Of a DNA stretch of 32,000 bases, positions 17,349 through 26,579 are shown one piece after another; the stretch's first letter is position 1, and each line of letters opens with the position of its first letter. The notes under the pieces are model-generated. The model saw only the letters and a list, made by a program, of their open reading frames with translations. It was not told where the DNA came from and made no database searches. The DNA comes from Bellilinea caldifistulae (lineage in GTDB: Bacteria > Chloroflexota > Anaerolineae > Anaerolineales > Anaerolineaceae), in the NCBI RefSeq assembly GCF_001306055.1, contig NZ_LGHJ01000013.1:180001-212000 (forward strand), in the 5' to 3' direction. The translations under genes were made by a program, and so were the position numbers.

Positions 17349-18287
17349 TCACGGGTAGAGCATCTCAATTTGGGCCGCAGCACGCCGTGCTTCGAGCCAT
17401 TCCTGGAGGATTTTTTGTTGCAAGGTCAAGCGGGCTTCTCCGCTCAAAGGGTGACTTTCATCCCGCTGTTCGACTTGAACGATATGGTATCCAAAATCGG
17501 ATTCGATCACACCGCTGTATTCACCCGGTTGTAAACCGAATGCCGCCTCTTCTACCGCCGGAACGGTCAAAAAACCCCGCGGAAACCAGCCCAAATCGCC
17601 GCCGGTGAGCGGATCATACTGAAAAGCAAGGGTTGCAAAATCTGCGCCAGCCTGTAATTGGCGGTAGAGCGAATCGGCGGTGGAGCGCAAGCGTACCACG
17701 ATTTGACGAGCTTTTACCTGTTCAATTTGGGGGGGTAAACTGGCCACCACTTGATCGCGCTGGCGGGCGGCTTCCATTGCCCGGCGCAGCGCAGACCGAA
17801 AAACGCCTTCTTCAGCATACCCCATTTGACTCAGCCAGTCTTCGAAAGCCTGCCGTCCTCCTGCGTCCTCAATCAGTTGCTGGATGCGGTTATTCAACTG
17901 TTCATCATCCACGCTAAAGCCATTCTCACGGGCAGCCTGCGCCAGTAAAGTTTGCTCAATCAGGTCGTTTGCCACGAGGCGAATTCGCTCTTCGTCACTG
18001 CGCTGAATGGCAAGGTCACGGTCGGCGGCTTCCAATTGAATCAGCGAAGCCTCAAACTCCCGCAACGCCACCCTTTCCCCGTTGATGATTAGGGCTGCCG
18101 GTTCAGGGGTTGCTGTGATGGTTGCCGTAGGGCTGGGTTCAACTGGCGGCTGGGGAGTCCGCTCTGCCTGCGCAGGAATGTCGGTAACAGTCGGTCTGCT
18201 ACCGGTATTACAACCCGCCATAACCACCAGTAATAACACCCCCACTGCCAAAAATTTTTTCCAGTTTCTCCAATGGGCTAGATTCAT
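17349..18287 (-). CDS. PpiC/parvulin-type peptidyl-prolyl isomerase lipoprotein (PrsA/SurA-like)
   Basis: Lipobox VMAGC. Parvulin block is ARQIVVRL...ADFATLAFQYD...GGDLGWFPRG...FGYHIV. Confidence 0.85.
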   Translation of the reverse strand: MNLAHWRNWKKFLAVGVLLLVVMAGCNTGSRPTVTDIPAQAERTPQPPVEPSPTATITATPEPAALIINGERVALREFEASLIQLEAADRDLAIQRSDEERIRLVANDLIEQTLLAQAARENGFSVDDEQLNNRIQQLIEDAGGRQAFEDWLSQMGYAEEGVFRSALRRAMEAARQRDQVVASLPPQIEQVKARQIVVRLRSTADSLYRQLQAGADFATLAFQYDPLTGGDLGWFPRGFLTVPAVEEAAFGLQPGEYSGVIESDFGYHIVQVEQRDESHPLSGEARLTLQQKILQEWLEARRAAAQIEMLYP

Positions 18288-18310
18288 GAAAAAAATTATA
18301 ACCGATTTCA

Positions 18311-18347
18311 GGATAAAGCACCTCCCGCAGGTTGTCTGCGGGAGGTG
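18311..18347 (-). terminator. terminator after groEL
   Basis: Perfect 12-bp stem cacctcccgcag / ctgcgggaggtg with loop gttgt. The minus strand continues cTTTaTcc, a weak U-tract. Confidence 0.6.
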
Positions 18348-18376
18348 TACCTTTCAGAATTGGAAAGGTTGACGGT

Positions 18377-20008
18377 TTAGTATTCCGGCATCGGCGGAGT
18401 TGCCGGTTTTTCCTTTTCGGGAACTTCGGTGATCAACGCTTCAGTGGTCAGGATCATGGCTGCGATCGAAGCAGCATTTTCCAATGCACCGCGGGTCACC
18501 TTGGCAGGATCAATCACGCCGCCTTTAACCATGTTCAGGTACTCATCGCGCAGCACATCGTAACCGATCTTGGGGTCGTTCTCGCGTTTCTGAGCCTGGC
18601 GTACGTTTTCAATGATCACGGAACCCTCTTTGCCAGCGTTTTCGACGATCTTGCGCATCGGAACTTCCAGTGCTTTGCGGACGATGTTGACCCCGATTTG
18701 CTCGTCCTCATATTCCATCTTCAACGTGTCCAGCACGGGGATGGCGTTGAGCAGTGCCACACCACCGCCGGGGACAATTCCTTCTTCCACCGCTGCCCGG
18801 GTAGCCGAGAGGGCATCTTCAACGCGGTGTTTCTTCTCTTTCAGTTCGGTTTCGGTAGCAGCACCGACGCGGATGATCGCCACACCGCCAGCCAGTTTCG
18901 CCAGACGTTCTTGCAGTTTTTCGCGGTCGTAATCGCTGGTGGTCTTTTCAATCTCAACCCGAATCTGCTCAATGCGTCCGCGGATTTCGGCTTCATTGCC
19001 TTTACCGCCCACAATCGTGGTATTGTCTTTGTCCGCCACCACTTTTTCAGCGCGGCCAAGGTCCGCAATCGTCGTGGTTTCCAGCTTGCGGCCGGTTTCC
19101 TCAGAAATCACGCTGGCACCGGTCAGGATGGCAATATCCTGCAGCATTGCCTTGCGGCGATCACCAAAGCCGGGGGCTTTAACCGCCAGCACGTTGAGCA
19201 TTCCGCGCAGTTTGTTCAACACAAGGGTCGCCAAGGCTTCACCATCCACATCCTCGGCAATGATCACCAGGTCGCGTTTGCCAACCTGCACCAGTTTTTC
19301 GAGAATGGGGACAATATCCTGTGCAGCAGAGATTTTCTTGTCGTGGATGAGGATGTAAGGATCCTGAATGACGGCTTCCATGTGTTCAGGATCGGTGATG
19401 AAGTAGGGGGAGATGTAACCGCGGTCGAACTGCATACCTTCGACATATTCGGTCTCGAATTCCAGACCTTTGGATTCTTCGACGGTGATCACGCCATCTT
19501 TACCGACTTTATCCATCACCTCGGCAATCAGGTTACCAATGGTGCGGTCCTGAGCGGAAATGGTCGCAACATTGGCAATGTCCTCTTTGGTGGTGATGTC
19601 AATCGCCTGTTTGCGGATTTCTTCCGAGACCAGTTTTGCAGCGGCTTCGATACCGCGTTTGAGCAGCATGGGGTTGGCGCCGGCGGCTAATGTTTTTAGA
19701 CCCTCGGTAACGATGGCATGCGCCAGCACGGTAGAGGTGGTGGTGCCGTCACCGGCAATGTCATTGGTTTTGGTGGCTGCTTCTTTGAGCAGCTGCGCGC
19801 CCATGTTTTCGAACGGGTCTTCCAGTTCGATTTCTTTGGCAACGGTCACACCGTCGTGGGTGATGGTGGGTGAACCGAACTTGCGGTCCAGTGCTACATT
19901 GCGGCCTTTGGGGCCCAGGGTGGTTGCCACAGCAGTAGCAACGATATCAATGCCGTTCTTCAGACGACGGCGAGCCTCTTCCGAAAATACCAGTTGTTTG
20001 GCTGCCAT
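18377..20008 (-). CDS. groEL: chaperonin GroEL
   Basis: [16 protein letters not shown]...[12 protein letters not shown]...[15 protein letters not shown]; 543 aa. Confidence 0.97.
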   Translation of the reverse strand: MAAKQLVFSEEARRRLKNGIDIVATAVATTLGPKGRNVALDRKFGSPTITHDGVTVAKEIELEDPFENMGAQLLKEAATKTNDIAGDGTTTSTVLAHAIVTEGLKTLAAGANPMLLKRGIEAAAKLVSEEIRKQAIDITTKEDIANVATISAQDRTIGNLIAEVMDKVGKDGVITVEESKGLEFETEYVEGMQFDRGYISPYFITDPEHMEAVIQDPYILIHDKKISAAQDIVPILEKLVQVGKRDLVIIAEDVDGEALATLVLNKLRGMLNVLAVKAPGFGDRRKAMLQDIAILTGASVISEETGRKLETTTIADLGRAEKVVADKDNTTIVGGKGNEAEIRGRIEQIRVEIEKTTSDYDREKLQERLAKLAGGVAIIRVGAATETELKEKKHRVEDALSATRAAVEEGIVPGGGVALLNAIPVLDTLKMEYEDEQIGVNIVRKALEVPMRKIVENAGKEGSVIIENVRQAQKRENDPKIGYDVLRDEYLNMVKGGVIDPAKVTRGALENAASIAAMILTTEALITEVPEKEKPATPPMPEY

Positions 20009-20044
20009 AGGTGTTCTCCTTTGATTATTTGATGATTTGAAAAA

Positions 20045-20344
20045 TTACTTGGTTTCGACAATGGCGAGCAGGTCGCTCTCGCGCAGGATGAGCAATTTCT
20101 TGCCCTCAACCTTGATTTCGGTGCCTGCGTACTTGGCAAACAAAACTGTATCGCCCTCTTTCACATCCATCGGAATGCGTTTACCGTCTTCATCCCGATC
20201 ACCAGGGCCGACCGAAAGAATGACACCCTTCTGGGGTTTTTCTTTTGCCGTTTCGGGAAGAACGATACCACCCGCAGTAACTTCTTCCTGTTCAATCGGT
20301 TCAACCACGACACGGCTGCCTAACGGTTTAAGATTGACACTCAT
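20045..20344 (-). CDS. groES: co-chaperonin GroES
   Basis: [12 protein letters not shown]...[16 protein letters not shown]...[10 protein letters not shown]. Confidence 0.96.
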   Translation of the reverse strand: MSVNLKPLGSRVVVEPIEQEEVTAGGIVLPETAKEKPQKGVILSVGPGDRDEDGKRIPMDVKEGDTVLFAKYAGTEIKVEGKKLLILRESDLLAIVETK

Positions 20345-20386
20345 ACAAACCTCCCACTACTGAAATTCGATTGGATTGTGAACATT

Positions 20387-20413
20387 TTAGCACTCTCTTA
20401 TCCTGAGTGCTAA
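20387..20413. promoter_or_regulatory. CIRCE operator (HrcA binding site)
   Basis: TTAGCACTC-N9-GAGTGCTAA, a perfect match to the consensus inverted repeat, lying between the promoter and the groES RBS. Confidence 0.9.
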
Positions 20414-20423
20414 ACCAGTGCGT

Positions 20424-20452
20424 ATCATACCCACCTTTGGAAGGAAAGTCAA
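20424..20452 (-). promoter_or_regulatory. sigma-70-type groESL promoter
   Basis: Minus strand reads TTGACT, 17-nt spacer, TATGAT, immediately upstream of CIRCE. Confidence 0.7.
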
Positions 20453-20497
20453 GGGGTTTCGCGAATCTCTTACAAAATTCTGATATTTTTTAGCGGT

Positions 20498-21874
20498 TTA
20501 TGGCGCTTGAATACCGTAAGAGGCGCAGATTTGCTCACTGGGGTCAATAATGGCGCGGATGGTCGGATCACTTCCGTAGCGAGCACGTACTTCCGCCAGC
20601 ACCTTGACCGCCTCCTGACAGTAATCCAGACCGGGTCGGTGCATACCCGCCAGCACCGAACCGTAGGTATAGTAGTAGATCAAAGAAGCCGGCGATAATT
20701 CCAACCCCTGAATCTCAATCGGCGGGTCAACATCCGGGTTGCACTGGCGAACTTCGCAGGAAATCGCAGCATCACAGCCACGCACGGCGCATTGCAAAGC
20801 CGGAATGGCGCTTTCATAGTTTCGAGCGCGGAAGTAAACCAGGCCTAACTGGCCGTAAATATCCGGGTCTGCCGGCAGCATGCCCAATGCCGTCCGCACA
20901 TTCAACGATGCCGCAAAGAATTCTCCCATCTGAGAATAGGTGCGCCCAATCGCCAGATAGGGGATGGGATCCTGTACGCCAATTTGTTTATTGATGGCTA
21001 CCGCTTTGGCATAATACGAAAGAGCCTGTTCGTAGTACTCCTTTACCTCAGGGTGATCACTGCCAACCACTTCTGCCCTTTTCAAACCAAGCGTGCGGTA
21101 ATTTGCCCCAATCCGAATGTAAAGCGGGGTAAAGTTGGGGGTAATTTCAGCCGCTTTCAGATATTCTTCAATGGCTGCCCGATAATCCCCCAGCGATTCC
21201 TGTACATACCCGCTCACGCGGTGAACATCCATCAAATCCGCTCCGCGTTCCAAAGCCTGGCGCATGCTCTCGTCGGCCTGCACGTATTTCTGCTGATCAA
21301 TCAAGATTTCGGCGTAATAGGCATGGGCCAGCGCGTTATTGCTGTCAAATTGCAGCGCACGGATGACCGACTGCTCGGCTTCGTTGAGATAGCGTTGGGC
21401 ATCTTCTCCGGCATACACCGAGTTCCAGTCATAAACAAAGGCGCGGATGGCCAGCACAAAAGAATCCTCCGGAGCCAGCTCGGTGGCTTTGTCAATGTTT
21501 TCGCGAGCAGCCCTCAGCCGTTCAACACGAATCGCATCGGTGGTGGAAAGACTGGAATAATAGGTTTGAATACGGGCCAGTTCGGCAATCAACCGCGCGT
21601 TGGTGGGTTCTAACTCCATCGCCCGTTGATAGGCTGCAATGGCAGCCGGCAAATTCCCAGCGACAAACTGGGTTTCCCCCTCCAGCGCGTATGAACGCGG
21701 AATCCGTGTTGGGGTTGGTGTGGGTAGAAACAGGGCTTCCACCTGACCGCTCTGGTAGCCCCGTAAAACAAATAGGCCCGCCATCAGCAACGCCAGTAAG
21801 AGGACAATCCGATAGGGGTTGCTGTGGCCATTTCGGTTTCTAAATATGGGGCGGTGGTTGTTTAAATCAATCAT
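20498..21874 (-). CDS. membrane-anchored TPR-repeat protein
   Basis: Starts at MIDLNNH (Met34 of the listed ORF, GGAAAG upstream), which removes the overlap with the upstream gene. TM is IVLLLALLMAGLFVL, followed by PTPTPTR and multiple TPR units. The C-terminal region is Cys-rich. Confidence 0.8.
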   Translation of the reverse strand: MIDLNNHRPIFRNRNGHSNPYRIVLLLALLMAGLFVLRGYQSGQVEALFLPTPTPTRIPRSYALEGETQFVAGNLPAAIAAYQRAMELEPTNARLIAELARIQTYYSSLSTTDAIRVERLRAARENIDKATELAPEDSFVLAIRAFVYDWNSVYAGEDAQRYLNEAEQSVIRALQFDSNNALAHAYYAEILIDQQKYVQADESMRQALERGADLMDVHRVSGYVQESLGDYRAAIEEYLKAAEITPNFTPLYIRIGANYRTLGLKRAEVVGSDHPEVKEYYEQALSYYAKAVAINKQIGVQDPIPYLAIGRTYSQMGEFFAASLNVRTALGMLPADPDIYGQLGLVYFRARNYESAIPALQCAVRGCDAAISCEVRQCNPDVDPPIEIQGLELSPASLIYYYTYGSVLAGMHRPGLDYCQEAVKVLAEVRARYGSDPTIRAIIDPSEQICASYGIQAP

Positions 21875-21893
21875 CTTTCCATCCCTGCCGTTT

Positions 21894-23144
21894 TTACGGC
21901 TCGGGTGTCGGGCTGGGGGTTGGCAGGCTGCCTTCGGCAACTTGCTGGCAAATATTGATGATTTCCTGCGCATTGGCGACCGAGACCTGCTCGATGGCCA
22001 CCGTTTCCATCACGGCTCGGGCGATCAACAACGCCTCTCCGCATTGAGCCTGACGAGCTAACGCCAATCCGTAAATATAATAATATTCAGAGATCGGCCA
22101 GTACGAAAGCGGCAATCCCTCAACCACTTTTCCATCTTCGGTTGTACCTCCTTGTACCGCCAAACGGAGGGCTTGAATGGCGCGCGGGTAGTCACCGCGC
22201 CGGTAATGCATCACCCCCAAGTTACCGTAGAGATACGGGTCAGTGGGGTTATTCTCAATGGCTTTTTCTGCATATTGAATTGCGCTGGCAAACTCGCCCT
22301 GGATGAAATAAGTACGGGAAAGATAAGTCAACGGCAGCGGGTCGGTCGGGTTGAGGGTGCTGGCACTGGTAAAGGCGCGGATGGCTTTGGGGTAATCCCC
22401 CAATGCCCGGTAGTTCCTGCCAAGGTAGATATACAAATCGGAGATGTAGGGGTTTTGCGCAATGGCCGCTTCAAACTCGGCTACTGCTTCTTCGTAGTTG
22501 GTGGTAAATTCCAGCACCAGCCCCCGGGCGCGGTGAGTTTCCAGTGCATTTGGCGCCATGGACTGCGCCTTGCGTGAAAGCTCAATGGCGCGGTTCAGGG
22601 CATCGGGATCCCCGGCAGAGGACTGGGATTTCAACGCCAAAACCTCAGCCAGATAGGCGTATGGCACGGGGTTGTTCGGGTCGAGTTCAATCGCCTGATT
22701 GAGGGACGCTTCGGCATCCAGATAATTACCGCTCAAGCCCTGTGCGTATCCGCGTAACGCCAGTGCAGCAGCGTTGTTCGGGTTGATCACCAGCGCATTA
22801 CCGGCGTTATCCACCGCCGCTTGATACTGGTTGGTGTACACCTGCAAGCGTGCAATATTCAGGTAAATGGTCGGATTATCCGAGTTGACCAGCAAAGCCG
22901 TCTGATACACCTGTATGGCTTGCTTGAACTTACCCTCGCGCACAAATTGTTCCGCCTCAGCCAGATAGGACTCCGGCGAGCGGGTAGGGGTCGGCGTAGG
23001 CACAAACAACGGGGGGGTTTGCGGCACCACTACCTGATTGATATAAATTCCTCCGCCAATCAGCAACAATAAAATGATCACGGTCAGCGGGTTGGAAGTC
23101 CGCCGACGGCGGTTCATTCTTAATCTACTACCTCGTAAATACAT
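21894..23144 (-). CDS. membrane-anchored TPR-repeat protein (paralog of the downstream gene)
   Basis: TM is LTVIILLLLIGGGIY, followed by PTPTPTR and about 8 TPR units. Start is ATG 23144 (the promoter abuts it) or ATG 23117. Confidence 0.8.
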   Translation of the reverse strand: MYLRGSRLRMNRRRRTSNPLTVIILLLLIGGGIYINQVVVPQTPPLFVPTPTPTRSPESYLAEAEQFVREGKFKQAIQVYQTALLVNSDNPTIYLNIARLQVYTNQYQAAVDNAGNALVINPNNAAALALRGYAQGLSGNYLDAEASLNQAIELDPNNPVPYAYLAEVLALKSQSSAGDPDALNRAIELSRKAQSMAPNALETHRARGLVLEFTTNYEEAVAEFEAAIAQNPYISDLYIYLGRNYRALGDYPKAIRAFTSASTLNPTDPLPLTYLSRTYFIQGEFASAIQYAEKAIENNPTDPYLYGNLGVMHYRRGDYPRAIQALRLAVQGGTTEDGKVVEGLPLSYWPISEYYYIYGLALARQAQCGEALLIARAVMETVAIEQVSVANAQEIINICQQVAEGSLPTPSPTPEP

Positions 23145-23151
23145 ATCAGGG

Positions 23152-23181
23152 ATATTACCATCAGATTTTAAGAAACGTCAA
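23152..23181 (-). promoter_or_regulatory. promoter abutting the TPR gene start
   Basis: Minus strand reads TTGACG, 18-nt spacer, (TGG)TAATAT, then 7 nt to ATG 23144. Same TTGACG-N18-TGGTAATAT architecture as the infC promoter. Confidence 0.6.
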
Positions 23182-23229
23182 GCGCTGGCGTTGAAGCTTT
23201 AAGGCCTGGTTAATCTTTCCGGTTTTGGC

Positions 23230-23258
23230 TTGCCTGCTTTCTCACCAACGGCTAAAAT
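23230..23258 (+). promoter_or_regulatory. promoter abutting trmD start
   Basis: TTGCCT, 17-nt spacer, TAAAAT, then 6 nt (ggaagc) to ATG 23265. Confidence 0.55.
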
Positions 23259-23264
23259 GGAAGC

Positions 23265-24017
23265 ATGCGTTTTGATGTTTTCAGCCTTTTCCCCGCGGTG
23301 ATCCGCCCCTACCTCGAAATCAGCATCCTCCAGCGCGCCATTGAAAAAGGACTGCTGGAAGTCCATCTCCATGACATCCGCTCGTTTACGACGGACCGAC
23401 ACCACATCACCGATGATGCCCCTTTTGGCGGCGGTGGCGGGATGGTCATGAAACCGGAACCGATTTTTACCGCCGTGGAAAGCGTGCTGGGCAGCCCACC
23501 GGCCTGTCCGGTGATTTTGCTGACCCCTCAGGGCAGAACCTACACCCAGCAAGTGGCTGCCGAACTGGCTGCCTATCCTCACCTTGCCCTGTTGTGCGGA
23601 CGATATGAGGGGATTGACGAACGAGTCCGCGAACATCTGGTCACCGATGAAATTTCCATCGGCGATTATGTGCTGACCGGTGGTGAACTGCCCGCCCTGA
23701 TTCTGATCGACTCGATCACCCGCCTGATTCCCGGCGCGTTGGGCGACCCGGACGGCGCACAGGATGATTCCTTTGCCAGCGGTCTGCTGGAATATCCGCA
23801 TTACACCCGCCCGGCAGAATTTCGCGGCTGGCGCGTGCCGGAGGTGCTGCTTTCCGGCAACCACGCCGAGATTGCCCGCTGGCGGCGTCAGCAAGCCCTA
23901 TTGCGTACGTGGAAACGCCGCCCCGACCTGCTGGAAAAAGCCGATTTATCGGATAGCGACCGCCGGTTTCTGGCATCCCTTACAGACGAAAAAACCGACC
24001 AATCCCCCTCAACCTGA
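23265..24017 (+). CDS. trmD: tRNA (guanine37-N1)-methyltransferase
   Basis: [10 protein letters not shown]...[17 protein letters not shown]...[12 protein letters not shown]...[14 protein letters not shown]. Confidence 0.93.
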   Translation: MRFDVFSLFPAVIRPYLEISILQRAIEKGLLEVHLHDIRSFTTDRHHITDDAPFGGGGGMVMKPEPIFTAVESVLGSPPACPVILLTPQGRTYTQQVAAELAAYPHLALLCGRYEGIDERVREHLVTDEISIGDYVLTGGELPALILIDSITRLIPGALGDPDGAQDDSFASGLLEYPHYTRPAEFRGWRVPEVLLSGNHAEIARWRRQQALLRTWKRRPDLLEKADLSDSDRRFLASLTDEKTDQSPST

Positions 24018-24052
24018 GGTACAAATCCATCTTTCATTCAAGAGGTGCTTTC

Positions 24053-25312
24053 ATGACTCCCCGTTTCAGTTTCGGTAAAACCTTTCTGCTGGGATTTGGT
24101 TTTTTTGGCGTCAGCGTGATTTGGAGTGTGTATAACGCTTACGTCCCCATTTTTCTGGCCAACCGTTTCAATCTGGCACCCGCTCTGATCGGCTTTTTCA
24201 TGACGCTGGATAACATTGCCGCCCTGTTGATTCAGCCGCCCATTGGAGCGTGGTCAGACCGTCTGCGCACTCCCATTGGACGGCGCATGCCCTTCATTCT
24301 GGTCGGCGCGCCGATTGGCGCGGTGGCTTTCGGTTTGATTCCGTTGCAGACCCTTCTGCCGTTGTTTGTTGCCTGTACCAGCACTTTGCTGCTCAGCATG
24401 GCATTGTGGCGCACACCGGTGGTGGCGCTCATGCCAGACATCACCCCATCCCAGTACCGCTCGCAGGCAAACGGCATCATCAATTTCATGGGCGGGGTCG
24501 GCGCCATCATCGCCTTTTTATTCGGGGCAACGCTGTACGAGATGAATCCGGCTTACCCGTTCTGGCTGGGCTCGGCACTGGTCATTCTGGCGACACTGAT
24601 GGTGTTCATCTTCATCCGGGAGCCAAAAGAGTACGAAGTCACCGATAAAACCGAACCCAATTTGCTGGTCAGCCTGCAAAAGGTCATCCGGGAGGAGGAA
24701 AAATCCCCCCTGCGCATCCTGCTGGCAATTTTCTTCTGGTTTGTGGCCTACAACGCCATTGAAGCCTTTTTCACCCTCTACTCGGTCAATCATCTTGGGC
24801 TGTCCGAATCGGATGGCGCTCGATTGCTGGGGCAGCTTTCGCTCTTCTTTGTCATCATGGCCCTGCCGGCCGGTCTGATCGGCGGGCGAATCGGGCGGCG
24901 GCGTACGATTATGACCGGGATTGTGCTGCTGGCTTCCTGCATGCTGGCAATGTTTTTCGTCCCTGCGGATGTTCTGACCATCTCACTTGCCCGGCTGCCC
25001 GTCCTGGGTAATGTCCCCGTGGTTGGCACCATTCTCATGCTGGCCGGCGTTTCGTGGGCATTGATCAACATCAACTCGCTGCCGATGGTAGTGGACATGA
25101 CCGATGACTTGCACATCGGCACCTACACGGGCTTGTATTATCTCTTTTCAACCATGGCGGCCATCCTTGGTCCGAATCTCAACGGCATCATCATCCAGTT
25201 GAGCGGTTCGAATTATGCACTGGTCATGCTTTTCGGTCCGCTTTTCATGTTGCTGGCCTTGATCATGATGCTGGGTGTTCGGCGCGGTGAAGCCAAAACC
25301 CGGACTTCTTGA
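24053..25312 (+). CDS. MFS transporter (GPH/SLC45-like)
   Basis: About 12 TM helices. GAWSDRLRTPIGRRMPFILVG is typical of glycoside-pentoside-hexuronide or sucrose-type symporters. Confidence 0.8.
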   Translation: MTPRFSFGKTFLLGFGFFGVSVIWSVYNAYVPIFLANRFNLAPALIGFFMTLDNIAALLIQPPIGAWSDRLRTPIGRRMPFILVGAPIGAVAFGLIPLQTLLPLFVACTSTLLLSMALWRTPVVALMPDITPSQYRSQANGIINFMGGVGAIIAFLFGATLYEMNPAYPFWLGSALVILATLMVFIFIREPKEYEVTDKTEPNLLVSLQKVIREEEKSPLRILLAIFFWFVAYNAIEAFFTLYSVNHLGLSESDGARLLGQLSLFFVIMALPAGLIGGRIGRRRTIMTGIVLLASCMLAMFFVPADVLTISLARLPVLGNVPVVGTILMLAGVSWALININSLPMVVDMTDDLHIGTYTGLYYLFSTMAAILGPNLNGIIIQLSGSNYALVMLFGPLFMLLALIMMLGVRRGEAKTRTS

Positions 25313-25338
25313 ACGGAAAACAGGTGTCAAGTGTCAAC

Positions 25339-25367
25339 TTGTCATCTTTTCCAAAGCGTTGTATACT
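25339..25367 (+). promoter_or_regulatory. promoter of the BMP-family lipoprotein gene
   Basis: TTGTCA, 17-nt spacer, TATACT. Preceded by the tandem repeat GTGTCAA GTGTCAA (25324-25337). Confidence 0.5.
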
Positions 25368-25458
25368 TGAAGCAAGTTGCGGGGGTTTTCTGAAACCCAC
25401 CCATCGCAACCGAGTCGTCCCCAAATTCCAATCCTAATTTTTTGGAGGAGAAAAACAC

Positions 25459-26505
25459 ATGTTCAAAAAGCTCTACCTTGTTGTAGCAGTGTTGATCATT
25501 GCCAGCATGGCGCTTTCCGCCTGCCAGCAAGCAGCAACACCCGCCCCCCAGGAACCGGCTGCACCGAAAATCAAGGTCTGCCAGGTCACCGACACCGGCG
25601 GTATTGATGACAAATCCTTCAATGCCACCGCCTGGAAGGGTGTTGAAGACGCCATGAAGGAATTGGGCGTCGAAGGTAAATATCTGGAATCCCAGCAACA
25701 GACCGACTATGAAAAGAACATCAATGCCTTCATCGAAGATGGCTGCGATCTGATCGTCACGGTCGGCTTCCTGCTGGGTGATGCCACCAAAGCTGCCGCC
25801 GAAGCCAACCCCAATCAGAAATTCGCCATTGTGGACTTCGCCTACGATCCGACGATCCCCAACGTGCTCGGCTTGACCTTTGCAACCGATCAGGCTGCTT
25901 TCCTGGCGGGTTACGCCGCTGCCGGCGCTACCAAGACCGGTAAAGTGGGTACTTTCGGTGGTATCCAGATCCCGCCGGTAACCGTCTTCATGGACGGCTT
26001 CGCCCTGGGCGTCAAATACTACAACGAAAAACACGGTACCAACGTGGAAGTCCTCGGTTGGGACGTCGCCAATCAGACTGGCCTCTTCACCGGCAACTTC
26101 GAAAGCACTGATGACGGCCGCCAGCTGGGTCAAACCCTGATGGACGAAGGTGCCGACATCATCATGCCGGTAGCCGGCCCGGTTGGGTTGGGTACTGCCG
26201 CTGCCGTCCAGGAACGCGGTAACGCCTGGATCATCGGTGTGGATACCGACTGGACGATCAGCGCTTCGCAGTTCACCGATGTGATCTTCACCTCGGTGTT
26301 GAAGCGAATGGACAATGCCGTGTTTGAAGCTGCCAAAGAAGTTGTGGAAGGCACCTTCAAAGGCGGTCTGTATGTCGGCACGCTGGCGAATGACGGCGTG
26401 GGCATCCCCGAATTCCTGGCCGGCCGCATCTCCGACGACCTGAAGGCCGAACTTGAACAGGTCAAGGCCGATATCATCGCCGGCAAGATCAAGACAACCC
26501 CCTAA
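25459..26505 (+). CDS. BMP-family (Med/PnrA-like) ABC-transporter substrate-binding lipoprotein
   Basis: Lipobox LSAC, then DTGGIDDKSFN, DQAAFLAGYAAA and KVGTFGG. GGAGGAG RBS. Confidence 0.88.
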   Translation: MFKKLYLVVAVLIIASMALSACQQAATPAPQEPAAPKIKVCQVTDTGGIDDKSFNATAWKGVEDAMKELGVEGKYLESQQQTDYEKNINAFIEDGCDLIVTVGFLLGDATKAAAEANPNQKFAIVDFAYDPTIPNVLGLTFATDQAAFLAGYAAAGATKTGKVGTFGGIQIPPVTVFMDGFALGVKYYNEKHGTNVEVLGWDVANQTGLFTGNFESTDDGRQLGQTLMDEGADIIMPVAGPVGLGTAAAVQERGNAWIIGVDTDWTISASQFTDVIFTSVLKRMDNAVFEAAKEVVEGTFKGGLYVGTLANDGVGIPEFLAGRISDDLKAELEQVKADIIAGKIKTTP

Positions 26506-26534
26506 TTCTCATCACCATACCCCATAACAAAGAA

Positions 26535-26568
26535 GGGCTGGCTTATGAAAGCCAGCCCCGATTTTTTT
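26535..26568. terminator. rho-independent terminator between convergent genes (probably bidirectional)
   Basis: 8-bp GC-rich stem gggctggc / gccagccc with loop ttatgaaa, followed by cgaTTTTTTT. The minus strand continues ttctttgtt. Confidence 0.8.
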
Positions 26569-26579
26569 ATTCCACAAGA

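Noticed and set aside
18332-19690. 452-aa ORF on the plus strand
   Set aside because: It lies entirely antisense to groEL. Its composition is low-complexity and Phe/Gly/His-rich, and there is no RBS. This is the classic shadow ORF produced by codon bias of a highly expressed gene.
20984-21613. 209-aa ORF on the plus strand
   Set aside because: Antisense shadow of the TPR gene.
23199-23894. 231-aa ORF on the minus strand
   Set aside because: Antisense to the unambiguous trmD, with no motifs and an implausible composition.
25374-25458. Possible riboswitch in the 5'-UTR of the BMP lipoprotein gene
   Set aside because: It is too short. Only one small hairpin is present, and I do not recognise conserved purine, preQ1 or other riboswitch core motifs.
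25342-26133. 263-aa ORF on the minus strand
   Set aside because: Antisense shadow of the BMP-family lipoprotein gene.
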